A stretch of 58,430 nt of DNA, filler included, from Dirinaria sp. TL-2023a (Eukaryota), in NCBI GenBank assembly GCA_051941275.1. It is 8 parts of 8 records of this genome, joined end to end, with 100 filler letters (N's around TTAATTAATTAA, not from the genome) between each part and the next. Parts side by side here need not be neighbours in the genome. Positions count along the whole stretch, not along the records: positions 21,981 to 29,198 come from JAVEBF010001342.1; positions 29,299 to 36,509 come from JAVEBF010001343.1; 6 more parts are not named here. One strand, 5' to 3'. The notes beneath the pieces were generated by a model. It saw only the letters and a program-made list of their open reading frames with translations, ran no database searches and was not told the origin of the DNA. How positions within the stretch are numbered: the stretch's first letter is position 1; the number at the start of each line of letters is the position of its first letter. A program made the translations under genes and the position numbers. Shown one piece after another: positions 23,893-36,609 of this stretch.

Positions 23893-25448
23893 CTGGTGGA
23901 AGGTGGGGTTTGAGACGATAACGGCAATTGAGATGACAACACCAATTATTATTTATGTTGGGCACACTCTTGTTGCACTGATCAGGTAGCGATGCATATG
24001 ATCGATCAAGATGAGCCTGATCTTCGATTCCATAGGGTGCAGTGTGCAGCCAGGCGTTTTCAGGCTGCACGGAGATAGCAATAGCTCGACCTAATAAGCA
24101 AGTCCCCTACATTCTGGCTGGTGTTCTGGTCTTTGCTATCGCTATGAGAGTCTGAGGCAACCAGTCGCGTGCAATCTCATTCCGTAAAGCTCCAAACATG
24201 AATGGCTGTCTATCAGGAATTTGGTTTAGATAAGTAATGATAACTTAGAGTGTTTTCCCATTGAAAATATTGGATAAATTTGTATACAAGACTGTTGCAG
24301 TCCCAAGGTTGACTATGTCAGCATACGATGCAGCAATTAATGATCAGGATGTATTGTGGATAGTGGTGTTGTACAATTTGATCGCAGCAGAGAACGTTCT
24401 AGGAGCGAACTGACCAATATATGTGCTCGAGGCCTTGTATCAATACTTTCAACCCAAGGTTTGGCCGAAACACACTAGCCAGATACGGAATCTAAAGTAC
24501 GCCCCGCATGTACATTATGCATCTGTAGTCTATGCAGAGCGGGCGACAAGCGTGGACACACAGCGTGCAATAGGCTCACGTACTGTGCTTGTAAAACCAT
24601 TGAGTATGTGCAAGACGGCAATACCAGAGACTCTGTAGATCTAGACTGATTTCCCACAAGGACAAGTTGCGAAGATGAAAAGGCAAAGCAGCGATGTGTG
24701 ACGAGGTGCCCGATCAATATCTGAGCATTCATGAGATTGGTGCTAGAGACACATGCTTCCTTTGTTGAACATGAAAGCAGGATGATCAAGGTGAAATCGT
24801 GACTCGAGCTTTGTCTGTCATCTGTCATATCATCGCCAGCCCTGGACGAGATCGGCACTGTTGTCCGATTAGGACTAACTCCACAGTCTCTCTAATATAA
24901 AATGTCCTCCCTTATCTTGTCCCTACCCACTACAACTGCCGCGCAATTGCTCTGGTTTTTTGCAGATGAGTGAAGGTGAAATGCTGACTGATCGCAGTTT
25001 AGAAGAAAAATAGTATCGGCGGTTAGATACAGAAAAAGGGTTGCGCACACAAATTTGGTGAAGCGCTCTCGATTAAGTATCCGCCAAAAGATTATTATAT
25101 GCACCACTTACTTAGGGAGTCCAGAACAGTTCGAACACGACACGCGTCAAGCCTTGCTTCAAATTTCGGATCATCCAGTCAACCTCGCGTATCAGTCAGC
25201 GCCCGCGCCGACCTGTCAAAGGGGCAGTCCACCTGCATGTCAGAACCGAAATTTGATGTGCTAGTAGCCAGTTTCTCTTTGCCCCTCCAGCCAACCATAA
25301 GCAACCTGCCACCAGACGCCCCTAATGAGTCGCTCTCAGTTTCTTCACAGTCAAATATCCGGTGCGTCGCGAATGATGGTGCTTACTACAGCCCTTCCGA
25401 TTATGCAGTATGACACACTGAAAGCGTTTTCATTTGCAATCCTGAGTG

Positions 25449-26322
25449 ATGTCCTCGACGGTGAATGCGAATGAAAATGAAGCCGGGACAGCCTCGCAGC
25501 AAGCAGTGGGCAATCGGGACACCCAGATAGCCGGGGAAGGCTCCAATCAAGGAGTGGCCCCTCACTATCAGAACAACAACAACCATATGATCTTTTGCTT
25601 GGATAGAACCACCGCCATTGTTCTCTCTTTAGTTGCTCTTGTCATCGCTGGTGTAGTGCTTGGAGTGGTCTTTGGTCTGAGAGCTTCCAAAAGCAACAAT
25701 AGTGGGTCGCAGTAAGTACTTTTAACACACTCCAGGAACAAACCACATGATTAGTCGTCCTAGCATCATCAATACTACAGTCGCGTCGTCCCTTCCGTCC
25801 ACCACAGCGACTCCTACATCTAAAGCGAGCTGGATCACCTCATCATCCTTATCAATCCGGAGGACAAGTACAACAGTTTTACCTCCACCTCCCAGCCCTA
25901 CCGCAGATGGCGTACATCTGGTGAATTATGTTAATGGGACCGCCGTGGGGAGCGGATTTGCATATTACGCTTCCGCGGTACAAGGGAATAACGGAGCACA
26001 GCCGAATGACTATGCCGGTGCATCGGTAGATGTGGATACCAAGTGGGAGGGTCGAAACATTACAGGTGAGCTCTTATGTCACGGCGTGTGCTCCATAATG
26101 ACATGAGATTCCTATGTTCAGGCTGACTTGACTGCTGTAGGTTATTTTGCAGACACCAAAACCCTTTTCTGGGTCGACATTCATTCGACATCCGCTGCAG
26201 TGAATCAAGCTATCGGCATAGCAGGCAATGGGTACAGGACGTTTGATGTTTACAAAGATGATGGTCGGTTGCTATACAAAGAAGGCGGGGTAGATTTCTA
26301 CTCTATATGTTATTGCCAGTAG
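25449..26322 (+). CDS. Single-pass membrane protein: N-terminal amyloid-like motif, TM helix, Ser/Thr/Pro stalk, about 115-aa ectodomain; introns 25712-25754 (or -25763) and 26066-26140
   Basis: MSSTVNANENEAGTASQQAVGN; TM AIVLSLVALVIAGVVLGVVFGL; GTAAGT and GTGAGC donors join three ORFs in frame; ectodomain DGVHLVN...AYY...QPNDY...WEG...GYF...GIAGNGY...YKDDGRLLY...ICYCQ. Confidence 0.82.
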
Positions 26323-28352
26323 GAGAGGAATATGATGTTCGACATTCCAGCAAAAGTATAGCGAAGCTAGTTGACGTTAAACCTCGATAGGGGATCTCTG
26401 AATATCACGCATTCTTGAATACGATGATCCTTGGTGGAGAATCGCCTTACGATAGTAGCAAATAGGATGGGATGCAGATCTTCTCTCTGCTGTGACGCAT
26501 CCTACATACATACCTACCTTGACTGTTTTGTCGATATACATCGAGCTGCAGCGTCCCCAAAACCAAACGAGTGATAGTGCTTGCAGTCCTCGTACCCCTT
26601 ATTTCGCTATCCGCACTCCCCAGTGCTACATATATCGCAATCCTTGCCCCTTCCTTCCCCCAGACCCCCAAGACGAGAAAAACGGTAATATCACCGTATC
26701 TGGATAATGGGCTCAAAATATGGATAATAGCTTGAATGATAAAGGAACCATATAGAAGGATCGTCAATTAGGATTACTACCGTTATCTAATTTTCAAGGC
26801 CTTCCCAGCGCACATATTTAGAAACGCCATGATAAATACATTGGCTGAACAATTGTCGCAGAAAAATGAACTCTCTCCATACGCTTCATGGTTCCTTTTC
26901 ATGCATCTCAAGGCATGTCATCGCAGTATCAAAGTAACGGAGAGGCCTCCATGGACACCGAGTCCGTCCTATCCGTCATTGACATCAGTTTCTCTTCCTG
27001 ATTCTACAACATCTTCTTTTCGAATTCATTCAATCCTCATACTTCGTCATCGAATTATATGACTGATAATTTCCATTGCCAAAAGCACCTTATTTGAAGA
27101 CTCTCCTGTTAGCGCTCCAGTCACCTTACCTAGTTAGTATTAGTCAGGATTGGTGGTCAGATGGTTCCATAGGCGACGGTTAAGGTAGGTAAGGTAGGTG
27201 ATCCGGAGCCCTTCCTAGAATCATCATAGCCTTCCGTTATTATTTCCAACAACTCCATGCGGCAAACGATGGCACTTGAAAGCGGTTGTTTCGAGAGTTT
27301 CAAAATGAAGCGGCTTTGGCAGTCGGTTCTGTCCTTCATGACATCTACGATCTAATATAGGAGTAAGATTACGTTAATCTCTTCGAAAGACGTTGTGATA
27401 TGGATGCAGTTGTATCGGCCCATATGAAATGAGGTTCATCTGATGTCAAAAAGGACCCTTTCCGGAGAAATGGATGAGGACGAGAAAGGGTTATATGATT
27501 AGAGCCAAATTCCTGCAGTTGTTTGTGAGTCTGTCTATCATCATCATGTTTCCGATCGCAAGCTAGGTGCGAGATCCTCCAATTGCCCATAGATATATGA
27601 CCAAAAATTTCTGCAAACCCGAAGTCCTTCGTCTCTCCCTTCGCTAACGTGTTCGTGCTCATATGGAACTCTCAAAGGGTTGTTGGCAGTGCTTTCTCTC
27701 GTTTCCTTGCGAAAACAGTCTAGTCGATGGTTAGTCAGCAGAGGGGTTCAAAGCACTTTGCTTCCATGCTTTTTACCACCTAAGTACCTTACCTTGGGCC
27801 TCAAACCACTACCTTACTGCAATAGCTAGCTTTCTCACCGTTGCTACTCTAAGAAAGCTTCTCAGGCAGATGAGGAGTTCACGTCTCTCTATGACATCAT
27901 AAGCTATAGCGGTTCAGTATGACCCTGCATATCCCATGCATCTCCTGCAAAACTCCCGTGGACTATGCGTGGGGAAACAACTTTAAGTTACAGCAACACG
28001 AGCTAAGCCGATCCTACACCTTACTCATCTGGGAGTCGGCAGATGGGTGCCAGGTTAGACAACCTCGGAGCTGAAAGAGCAAACCGCAACTCCCCATTCC
28101 AGAAGCGTACCTGGCAAGCGAACATGCAGGCTCGTATGAGACTATTGTGTTCCTGTGGCTTCGGCCTAGATCGCAGAGAATAGAGGAGAAAGCAAGCTAT
28201 ACCGACATCATATCCGCGACCTGTGGACTAAGGTATATAAGTATGGATGTGATCGAGAAGTTTTTTTTTTTTTTTTATTCTCAAAGAACGAACATCCTGA
28301 TCCCAGAGACCTACCAACCAAATCCTGAACTCTCCTCACATACTCTCCCAAA

Positions 28353-28749
28353 ATGCGTCTTCCGATCCTGGCTCTCCCTCTCCTCTCTTTAACCCTGGCC
28401 GCCCCCCTCTCCTCGCGCCAATTCACCGCCCAACTCACCTTCCAAGGCGCAAGCCTCAAGGACGGCTACGGCCTCTCCGTTCCCGGAAACGGGATCGTCG
28501 TCCCCATAAGTCCGTCTTTCCTTCTCCTGCCCCCCAAAAGCTTCTCTACATGCCAGCTTGGGTACCGATGATCTGACAATACTACGTATAGAGAACCCAC
28601 TCAGTGTATCATACATTTCTCTCGGAGGCGGAGCGACGTGTACCGCTTTTGGCGCCGACGGGAGCCAGACCACGCTTTCGGGTTCTACGTTCATGAAGCC
28701 CGTCGGCCCGCCACAGAGGCAGATCAGTGTGACCTGTTCTCAGATATAG
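28353..28749 (+). CDS. Small secreted protein (about 104 aa, 2 Cys); intron 28510-28591
   Basis: Signal peptide MRLPILALPLLSLTLAAP; spliced to NPLSVSYISLGGGATCTAFGADGS...VGPPQRQISVTC. Confidence 0.8.
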
Positions 28750-29198
28750 AGGAGAAAGCTCATGAAGAATATATCTTTATCTAAAAAAAAAAAAAATTCT
28801 CTCCCGAAGATGGGATTTTAATAAATATGTTCCTCGTAAATAGTCTTTGATCTAACTCGATATCTTATCTTCGATCAATTTTCAAATCATGACTTTTACA
28901 GTGCACAAAGGGAATTATCTCTCCGCAAATCAAATCCCCACCCAGTTCTCATGAATCGCCTTTCTAATAATTTTTTACAGAAAAGGCTTCTTTCCTTCGT
29001 AGGCAGAGCAGATGATATCAACACTGATCCACATAAAACATCATAATGTCTATCATCATCCCCCATTTCTTCCTTTCCTAAGTGCACATGATCCTGATTG
29101 GATTCATTGACATACTTAACCCCCCAAAAGGAGTAAACCAAAAACGAAAAATGAATCAAATCATCTAGCTCTACGCTACCCTACCCCTTACCTAGAAC

Positions 29199-29298
29199 NN
29201 NNNNNNNNNNNNNNNNNNNNNNNNNNNNNNNNNNNNNNNNNNTTAATTAATTAANNNNNNNNNNNNNNNNNNNNNNNNNNNNNNNNNNNNNNNNNNNN
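29199..29298. other. Artificial contig linker
   Basis: N44-TTAATTAATTAA-N44. Confidence 0.99.
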
Positions 29299-29648
29299 GG
29301 ATAGGGCTTTTTCTTTATCTGGATATGGGGTTTGTGGGGTTTAATTGAGGTTTCATGACTGATGGTTGATGATGGTGTGAGTTCGTGGTCGAAGGATAGG
29401 GCTTTTTTTTTGGGGTTTTCGAATTCCTTATTTGTGACAGGAGCCAATCAGGATCGCGTGAGATTGAATTAGTCAGCCATGATATCCCACAAGTCTCACA
29501 CACTTCTGAACTACCTTAGGGCTTCCGTTCCTTTCGGGCATCACCTGAAGCCATTCAATTTCGCATTTTATTACGTCGTTTTCAACTGTAGTGGTTTGCC
29601 TTAGCAGTTTGGATATTCAATTTCGATGCTACCTAGTAGGCTAGATAT

Positions 29649-30415
29649 CTATTCAGATTCAGAGGTTTTTGGTATCGCGAACGCGAAAGCAAGTTCGCGA
29701 GGGATGTGCAAGCCTACGCTACTTCCTACTAGACCGAACCATGTCATGAGATATTCGATAGGGCTGACTTCTCTTTCTTCTTCTTTCGAATCTCTTTTCT
29801 GGTCGCCCAGAAGCTCTCGCATTGCTTCTGCCGTATTGCACGGGTGGACGAAGAACGAAGGGAAATCCGTGAGTGGATGGTTCTGTAAACCCTCGATCAG
29901 CTAGCTGTATTTTAAGTTCTTTTGGCGGTTGTCTTTGGAAGGGGTGCCGTACGCCCATTGTTATCCCGCCCATAACACCCGTTCTTTCGAGATTGGATTT
30001 GAAGTTCTTGGGCGTGAGGAGCTTGTACACGGTTTCGATGTTGGTGGGGTTGAGTGAGGAGAGGTTACGAAATGTGAAATATAAAACCGGGACTTGGTAG
30101 CTGGGTGATATTATGATGGAGTACTCGACGCTGGGAGCTTGCATTGGGTAGTGGGACATTGACGCCTTCACGGTTGCTTATGTTAGTTGAGATTTCTGTT
30201 CCGGATACTTCCGCTGGTCGTCCCTTACTTCGTCATGGCTGTCCTCCGGGTTGACCTGCTCTTCCGAGTCATCCTGATCGACATCTGGGTCAGTTTTTGA
30301 CCCACTGCTGTGCGTTTCTCGTTCTATTGCTGGGGAGAGTCTTAGAGTATTCTCACGGGATGGAGATGAGGGATGAGCAAGTCGTCGAGTTACAATCAGA
30401 TTCGGGTGCACATCC
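29649..30415 (-). CDS. ATG10: Autophagy E2-like conjugating enzyme Atg10 (multi-exon; 5' exon(s) not resolved)
   Basis: VEYSIIISPSYQVPVLYF; GVMGGITMG|NHPLTDFPSFFVHPCNTAEAM with the catalytic HPC; EYLMTWFGLVGSSVGL; stop 29649-29651. Confidence 0.88.
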
Positions 30416-32321
30416 TGTGGAAGCGGCGTGTAAGCTTGGTTCTGTGCCAGAATGAAGGATGTGGATGTTATTGGCGCAAGTAATAGCTGTATTCATAGTC
30501 CACAAATATCCACGCGAAGCCATGATACAAGGCAAGCAGAAATGGATTTTCGGATCAAAGGAGAGAAACGAGCATGATTAATGCTGATCCGTGCGGCTGA
30601 AAGCGGAATGCTCATTTTCTCCTGACCACTACGAGACTTGGTCAGGAGCTTATTCAAGATACTCAGATAGGAGGATACAGTCTGACTCGCTAACGGAGAG
30701 CTCGGCCGGAACAAACGGTTCACATCCGTGAAGCGTCAAGCAGGACTGTACCATGCAAATTCAAATCCAAATCATCCATCAACCGTCCTAAGCTGGTTTG
30801 TGGATATGAAAAACGTTGAAGACCAAGCCATGTGCCAGGCGCGAGCATCCAAACTCTCGACTTCCGCTTGCGCTACTCACTTCAGGAGCTCCACGCGGTG
30901 GAATTAGGCTAAAGGAGATTTACGCTTACCTCTTGGTCGACTCGGAAGCTGACATCGGATGGAGCTGCGATATGTGCGTGGTCCGCGAGAACGCAACATG
31001 CCTCTCTGAAATCTGAAAGACAGAGGAGTCCGGAACAAGGCATATTCGACAACGGCTGACGCTAAGCCCGGAACCGAAGGGATATCAATCGCCTTCACAA
31101 CGGAGAAACCAGTAACAAATATTCGGACCCGTGGCTTGTTTGAGTTCTGGTACTGATTGACATCATCGGCGGATACCTGACGCCTGAACGGAAAACCTTG
31201 GCACAGTAAGGCAAGTACTCGCTACGCTACCTACCTTGCAGTACTCCGATACCTTTCAAGTATCGATAAGAAACGCCAATGGGGCATGAATTATGTTCTC
31301 CGGGGTGGTTGTAATCGGGATTTTGGCCCTAGACTCTGATGTGATGGTATGCAGCCATTGAGAGTTTGTCATTAGATATCTTCAATCAATCAACCTCGAA
31401 CCTACATGACCGTCGGAATGGCGGCAAGGTCAAGCCATACTTTGCTGTAGTGTTCGGTGAATTGCGCAATACCTCAAAGCCAAGAAGCCGAGATAAGGGT
31501 ACGATACCTTAACCCTTGGGATAATGGAACCGCTGAGAGTGGGGATAGGTATAATGGAGAGGATGAAAGTTATTTTTTGACCCATTCGACCGCGTAGATG
31601 ATGCATAATAATAATAAAAATACTTGGCATGTAAGACACTACACCACCTGGTCTGCTCAAACAAGGCAAGAAGTACTGGTGTCCAAGTATTCGGTATTCC
31701 TTGTCGTCATCCAATGCTGTGAAGGATCGACAGCACAGCCACATCTCAGACAGGGTCCCGGCAAGCACACGCATGTTGCATCTGCACGATTGGCATATCG
31801 CACCAATTATCGACAACCTCGAAAGTGGGAAAACGCGCGGCGCGATGGTTGAATTGCTGGCGGGGACTAGTGACGCCACAGTTGTGTTTACGGCTGCGGG
31901 AACCAACCACCGAGATTGGGTGAATCCCACATAAAGTCACTCCCTACCCTCCATCTCCTGGCACATATCGTTTCTCGGTTCTTTTGTCCCGCTGTCTCGT
32001 TCGGTCATTCCTTCAATTGTCCTGATGCGATTGCCGTGAATTTTCCGAACGTTCGTTGAGGGTCACTCGATACGGCTGCGATATGTTTATCTAATGGATT
32101 GTTTATATCACTTCAGAAGCCATTCCTCGGACAACCTAAGCACTACTCACCATCTCCACTAAATACCCATCGTCTGGGATCCAGTTGAAATATGCGTGAA
32201 TAGGCTTCTACTGGTATTTACATATCTCAGTATTCTCGTGTTGCATCCGGCCCTTCATCCAATCTCGATACTATCAAACACGCCAAACAATATTTGGAAA
32301 GAGTAGAAGTCACCGAAAATC

Positions 32322-35300
32322 ATGGGTGGTAAAATATGGTCTGGGTGCGAAGCGCCTACCCAACGACTTAGCAAGCCAAAGACAAACACGTCTTCCTCCA
32401 ATCTCCAATCTTTGACCTCCCAGCGATCCGAGCCCTCCACTCCAGTCTCACCCATCCATGGCTCAATGTTCGACGAGGATCCGGTGGTCACGTCTCAGAC
32501 AGGAGATCGAAGGAGTCGACAGAAATCGCGTTCAAAGATCAGGACCTTTCTGCATGGTTCCGGAAACGAAACGGCAGCAGCACAGTCATCCGACGAAGAC
32601 GACAACGGCCAACAAGGGCTTGTCAGTGGAATCAGGAAACGCTTGTCGAGAGGGAGTTCGTATTCATCCCAGTATACCCACAGGAGACAGTCTTCGGCTC
32701 CACTGTCAAATAAGTCCAGCTCTGCGTTGTTGCTCGATGATAGTGGATCTGCCCGAACCGAGCACAAGATCAAGGAGAAGGAATATATGGACAGGGCAGC
32801 AGCCCAAGCTCATGTATCTCTGCCTATCGATGCAGACAAACGTCCCCGTCGAATTAAAGCTCCAATACGACGACGCTCACTGTACACTCCCGGGCTTGCT
32901 ACCCGTACACCTCACGATATGCTGCGAAGGCCGCCTCCTCCTGATCGCTGTGACTGGGAGGCAGAGCGTCAATACTACTTCAATCCTGATCGACCGCGAT
33001 CGTCACCATTGTCAGAGCTTGCCGCACTTGCGGAGTCACGGAGTGCTGCGCTAGCGTTGTCCGAAGGTGGCCGATCTACTCCCGTAGGTTTTAGCCAGCT
33101 GGGTGGGCTTGGATTGGGAACACTGCGTATTACCAACGGCGCTGCCTCTCCTGAGCCTAGTATTGCCTCCAAACCATTGTCCGATTGTGCAAGCCACGAC
33201 GAATATTTTACAGCTTCCGAAGGTTGCAAGAGCGACGATGAAGCACAATCAATCTATAGTAGAGCTGTGAATGAGACTCCTCGGCCACGCAAAAGAGCTG
33301 ACAGTCCTCTCAAATTCGAAAGTTGTAGGAGTGACTCTACCAGCGAACCAGTATTCATACCAAGAGCCTCGGAACCCCTGCCGGACCCGAAATATCATTT
33401 CTATCCTGAGAACGGTCTTCACCAGCGGAAATCTGACACAGAGTCAATGGTTATCTCGCAATCGCCAACGAGTTCTTATAGTATTGCGCAGGAATACATG
33501 TCTGAGCTACCGCCAAGCCCATACGCCCGAGCAAGGTCAAAACAGCCCTCTTCAGGCCACCCGCGTACCCAAGACACTGATGCGCGGCCCGGGAATGACT
33601 CCTGTGTTGACAAGATGCCGTACAGGGTCAGTCGCAATAGCTGTTGTTTCCAGGACGAAGGCGTTGATGTTACAGAAGCACATTCTTCCGATCGCGGCAG
33701 TTGGCGAAATCTAATCAACGGTGCCGAAGGGGTCCAAGCCAGCAGCCGAACGAAAGAGGACGCATATCGTATTCTCAACGGTGATATATTACCAAGAGGA
33801 TCGACTGCTAAGAAGTCGTGCTGTTTCGACTTGGCTCCCGGTGACCGAGAGGTTGAAGACCGACGCGAGTCGTCCTCTACCACAACAACGACCAATACTA
33901 CGCCCTCAGTATCTGGAACCACTAAGCTACAAACCATCAGCAATTGGAGGACAAGCGCAGGAAAGAACGATAGCGGTTACAGTTCTTCCAACGCTTCACT
34001 CGCAAGAACCGGAGATGGGTCCGACGTCAACGGCCCTCAACCGGCAAATCTTAGGGATTTTCTAACAGACCATCGCTCGATTTCTGGTTCTAGAGACATG
34101 CTACAGCAATCATTACGCGGCCTTGAGGCTTATCCGGCAAGCCAACAGGAACCGGCGACTCTTGCTCGGCCATCCCTTACTGTAGTTCCGCGTCCTGCAA
34201 CGACAGTCATAACTACAACCACAACCACTACATCATCCCCAACTCCTCGACGTCAGCATACTGCTCCTACCACATCGACCTCATCAGCGTTGCCTATCAA
34301 TGATGGTGGGCAGTCTCGTCAAGTACCACAGGTCAAGCCGACTGTCGAAACATCTTGCCGATATCCTATTACTCCGCCATTGACGGAGAAGCGGGTCCAA
34401 AGGCCTGTCCCTATTAGTCCAGTGCTCCCCTTCAAGCCCCGCAAGCTACACAAACCACAAAGGCTTTCCAGCACAGCACCGGCAGATCAGCTCGCTGCTG
34501 AGCAATTGCGCAGCATGACAGAAGTCGATATCCCTCCAATCCCACCCGCAGTTGCCTCGAAGCACGCTGAAAGGCTTCGAGACTTTCCTTCCTTGGAGCA
34601 CACATATCCAAGTCTACATCATACCAACTCTAACACTTGCCGATCACCCAGTCCTGCATTTACCAATTTTGTCCCAATCAGATTTCCATCTCCGGCGAAT
34701 TCGATGGAAGATAGGAGTGATGCCATAGTGAACAGCGATTTAGGTTGGCCAACCACAGCGTCAAAGAAGAAGGCCAAAGAACTTAAAGAACAATCCAAGC
34801 GTTCGTCAAAAGGAGCCCGCCGCCAAAGCCAGCCAGATCCAACGGTGTCAATAGCCGACTTTGGTGATGTCGGAGAATCCATAGGCAAAAGCGTCTACGA
34901 TGTTGCCAGAGCTCCTGTCGATTCAATGAAAGATAGAAGCGACGCTATCGTGAACGGTAATTTGGATTGGCCGACTAAAGAGTCGAAGAAGAAGGCTAAA
35001 GAACTTAAAGAGCAATCCAGGCGTTCGTCACAAGCAGACCGCCGCAAAAGTCAATCAGACCCTAGAGGTTCAATCGCTGACTTAGGTGATGATGGAGACC
35101 TTCTCGGTAAAAGCGTCTGCGATGTTGTCAGAGCCCCTGTCGATCAAATTTCGCAATCTGGCAACTCAAATGAGCAAAAGACCAAGGGCATTCCCAGACC
35201 TCAGACTCCAGGCTGTGAAAGACCATTTGAGTCCAGGCATGCTAGCACCGGAAAGCCTCGACCTCAGAGCATGTTTGTGGAGACGGCTCATGGCTCGCCT

Positions 35301-36509
35301 CTAGATGATTTCGGTAGTTTCAAAGCGCAGTACAGCGGCGGGCGTCCACAAAATAACCTTCCTACTCGCAGTTCGTATTCCAATACACCACCAGTACCGC
35401 TCTTACCATCAGCTAGTGAGGCAAGAGAGCTAGAGCGAGGGGCACGAAGGAATCGCCGAAGCGAGGGTCCAAGAGTTCCAGAAGGGTCGCTTTCCGGCGA
35501 TCTACGTCAAACAGTAGCTCCAAATGAGCCTTTGACAAAGCTTGTTCGACCGCAAAGCATGTACGAGGTTGATATAGAGGCTATGAGAAACCACATGCAA
35601 CGTGGGCGATCCTACAACATATCCATAAATGCTCCTAGGCCCAATGAAGCTTTGGATGCATCTCAGCCATCTGGACCGCAGAACGATATTCCACAAAGAC
35701 AGCGCGGACGTACTGAAACTGCCATACATCATGCTGTGGACAAAGATCGTTCTGTTAGACCTCAGACTACTTCTACGTATGTGGAAGCTCCACCAGCTCT
35801 TCCTCCTCTGCCTCCTGCTGGTGATCTTGATCAGTGGCTTAGACACTATGTGCGCAACGAGAACCAGTCCCAATCTGATGTTTTTCAAAGCAACAGCGAG
35901 TCAGACTCGCCAGTATCTGCTTCGACTGCTTCCGATCATTGTGAGGCTCATCGATTCTCCACGGGAATCTCGGATGGTGTGCGAGTGTCCAACAAGCTGC
36001 AGAAGAAGCGGCCAGTATCTACTCAGCCAGACATCTGGAAAAGCGATTCACTCAAAGAAGAGCTCAACAAACGCCGGACTGAAGAAAGAACTGGCAGTGA
36101 GGAAGGCTCAGAGAACTTTGAGATAGCATCTCCTCCCAGTGGTATCTACGACTCGAATGGCCTCAGTGTAGGCGAGATTGCTCGGCCAGTCGCCGCGCCT
36201 TCTCTCCATGATGCACTACGAGCTCACAAAGAGAAAATGTCTCACTCACCCTTTGGGTCTCCATCGCACAGCGGCCAGCAAACGCCTTTGGAACCAAGCC
36301 CGTATCTTATCCAATCAAAAACAGCTTCAGCTGTCCAACAACTCCGGAACCATTTCCAGAAGACAATACCAGCAGACCAGCCTCCCGAGCCTACTCGCAG
36401 AGCCCCTCGATCGCCTCCCAAGCCGCAGACCGAGTCCCAGCGGCCGGCCACATCAGCGCCACAGACGCCAAGGAAGGGCAGTCAAAATACCTCCCCAGAC
36501 TCAACCCCC
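32322..36509 (+). CDS. Large Ser/Pro/Arg-rich, probably disordered hypothetical protein (about 1396 aa to the contig end, 3' truncated)
   Basis: 4.2-kb uninterrupted ORF with short conserved-looking islands RRRSLYTPGLATR, LGGLGLGTLRITNGAASPEPS, DSGYSS, IADFGDVGESIGKSVYD. Confidence 0.85.
34701..35144 (+). repeat. Tandem 222-nt (74-aa) intragenic duplication
   Basis: SM(E/K)DRSDAIVN...WPT...SKKKAKELKEQS...SIAD.GD...GKSV.DV.RAPVD twice, starting at 34701 and 34923. Confidence 0.92.
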
Positions 36510-36609
36510 NNNNNNNNNNNNNNNNNNNNNNNNNNNNNNNNNNNNNNNNNNNNTTAATTAATTAANNNNNNNNNNNNNNNNNNNNNNNNNNNNNNNNNNN
36601 NNNNNNNNN
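36510..36609. other. Artificial contig linker
   Basis: N44-TTAATTAATTAA-N44. Confidence 0.99.

Noticed and set aside
26447..27662. Short ORFs downstream of the receptor-like gene, checked for an NLR remnant
   Set aside because: No P-loop, NACHT or repeat-domain motifs in the listed ORFs.
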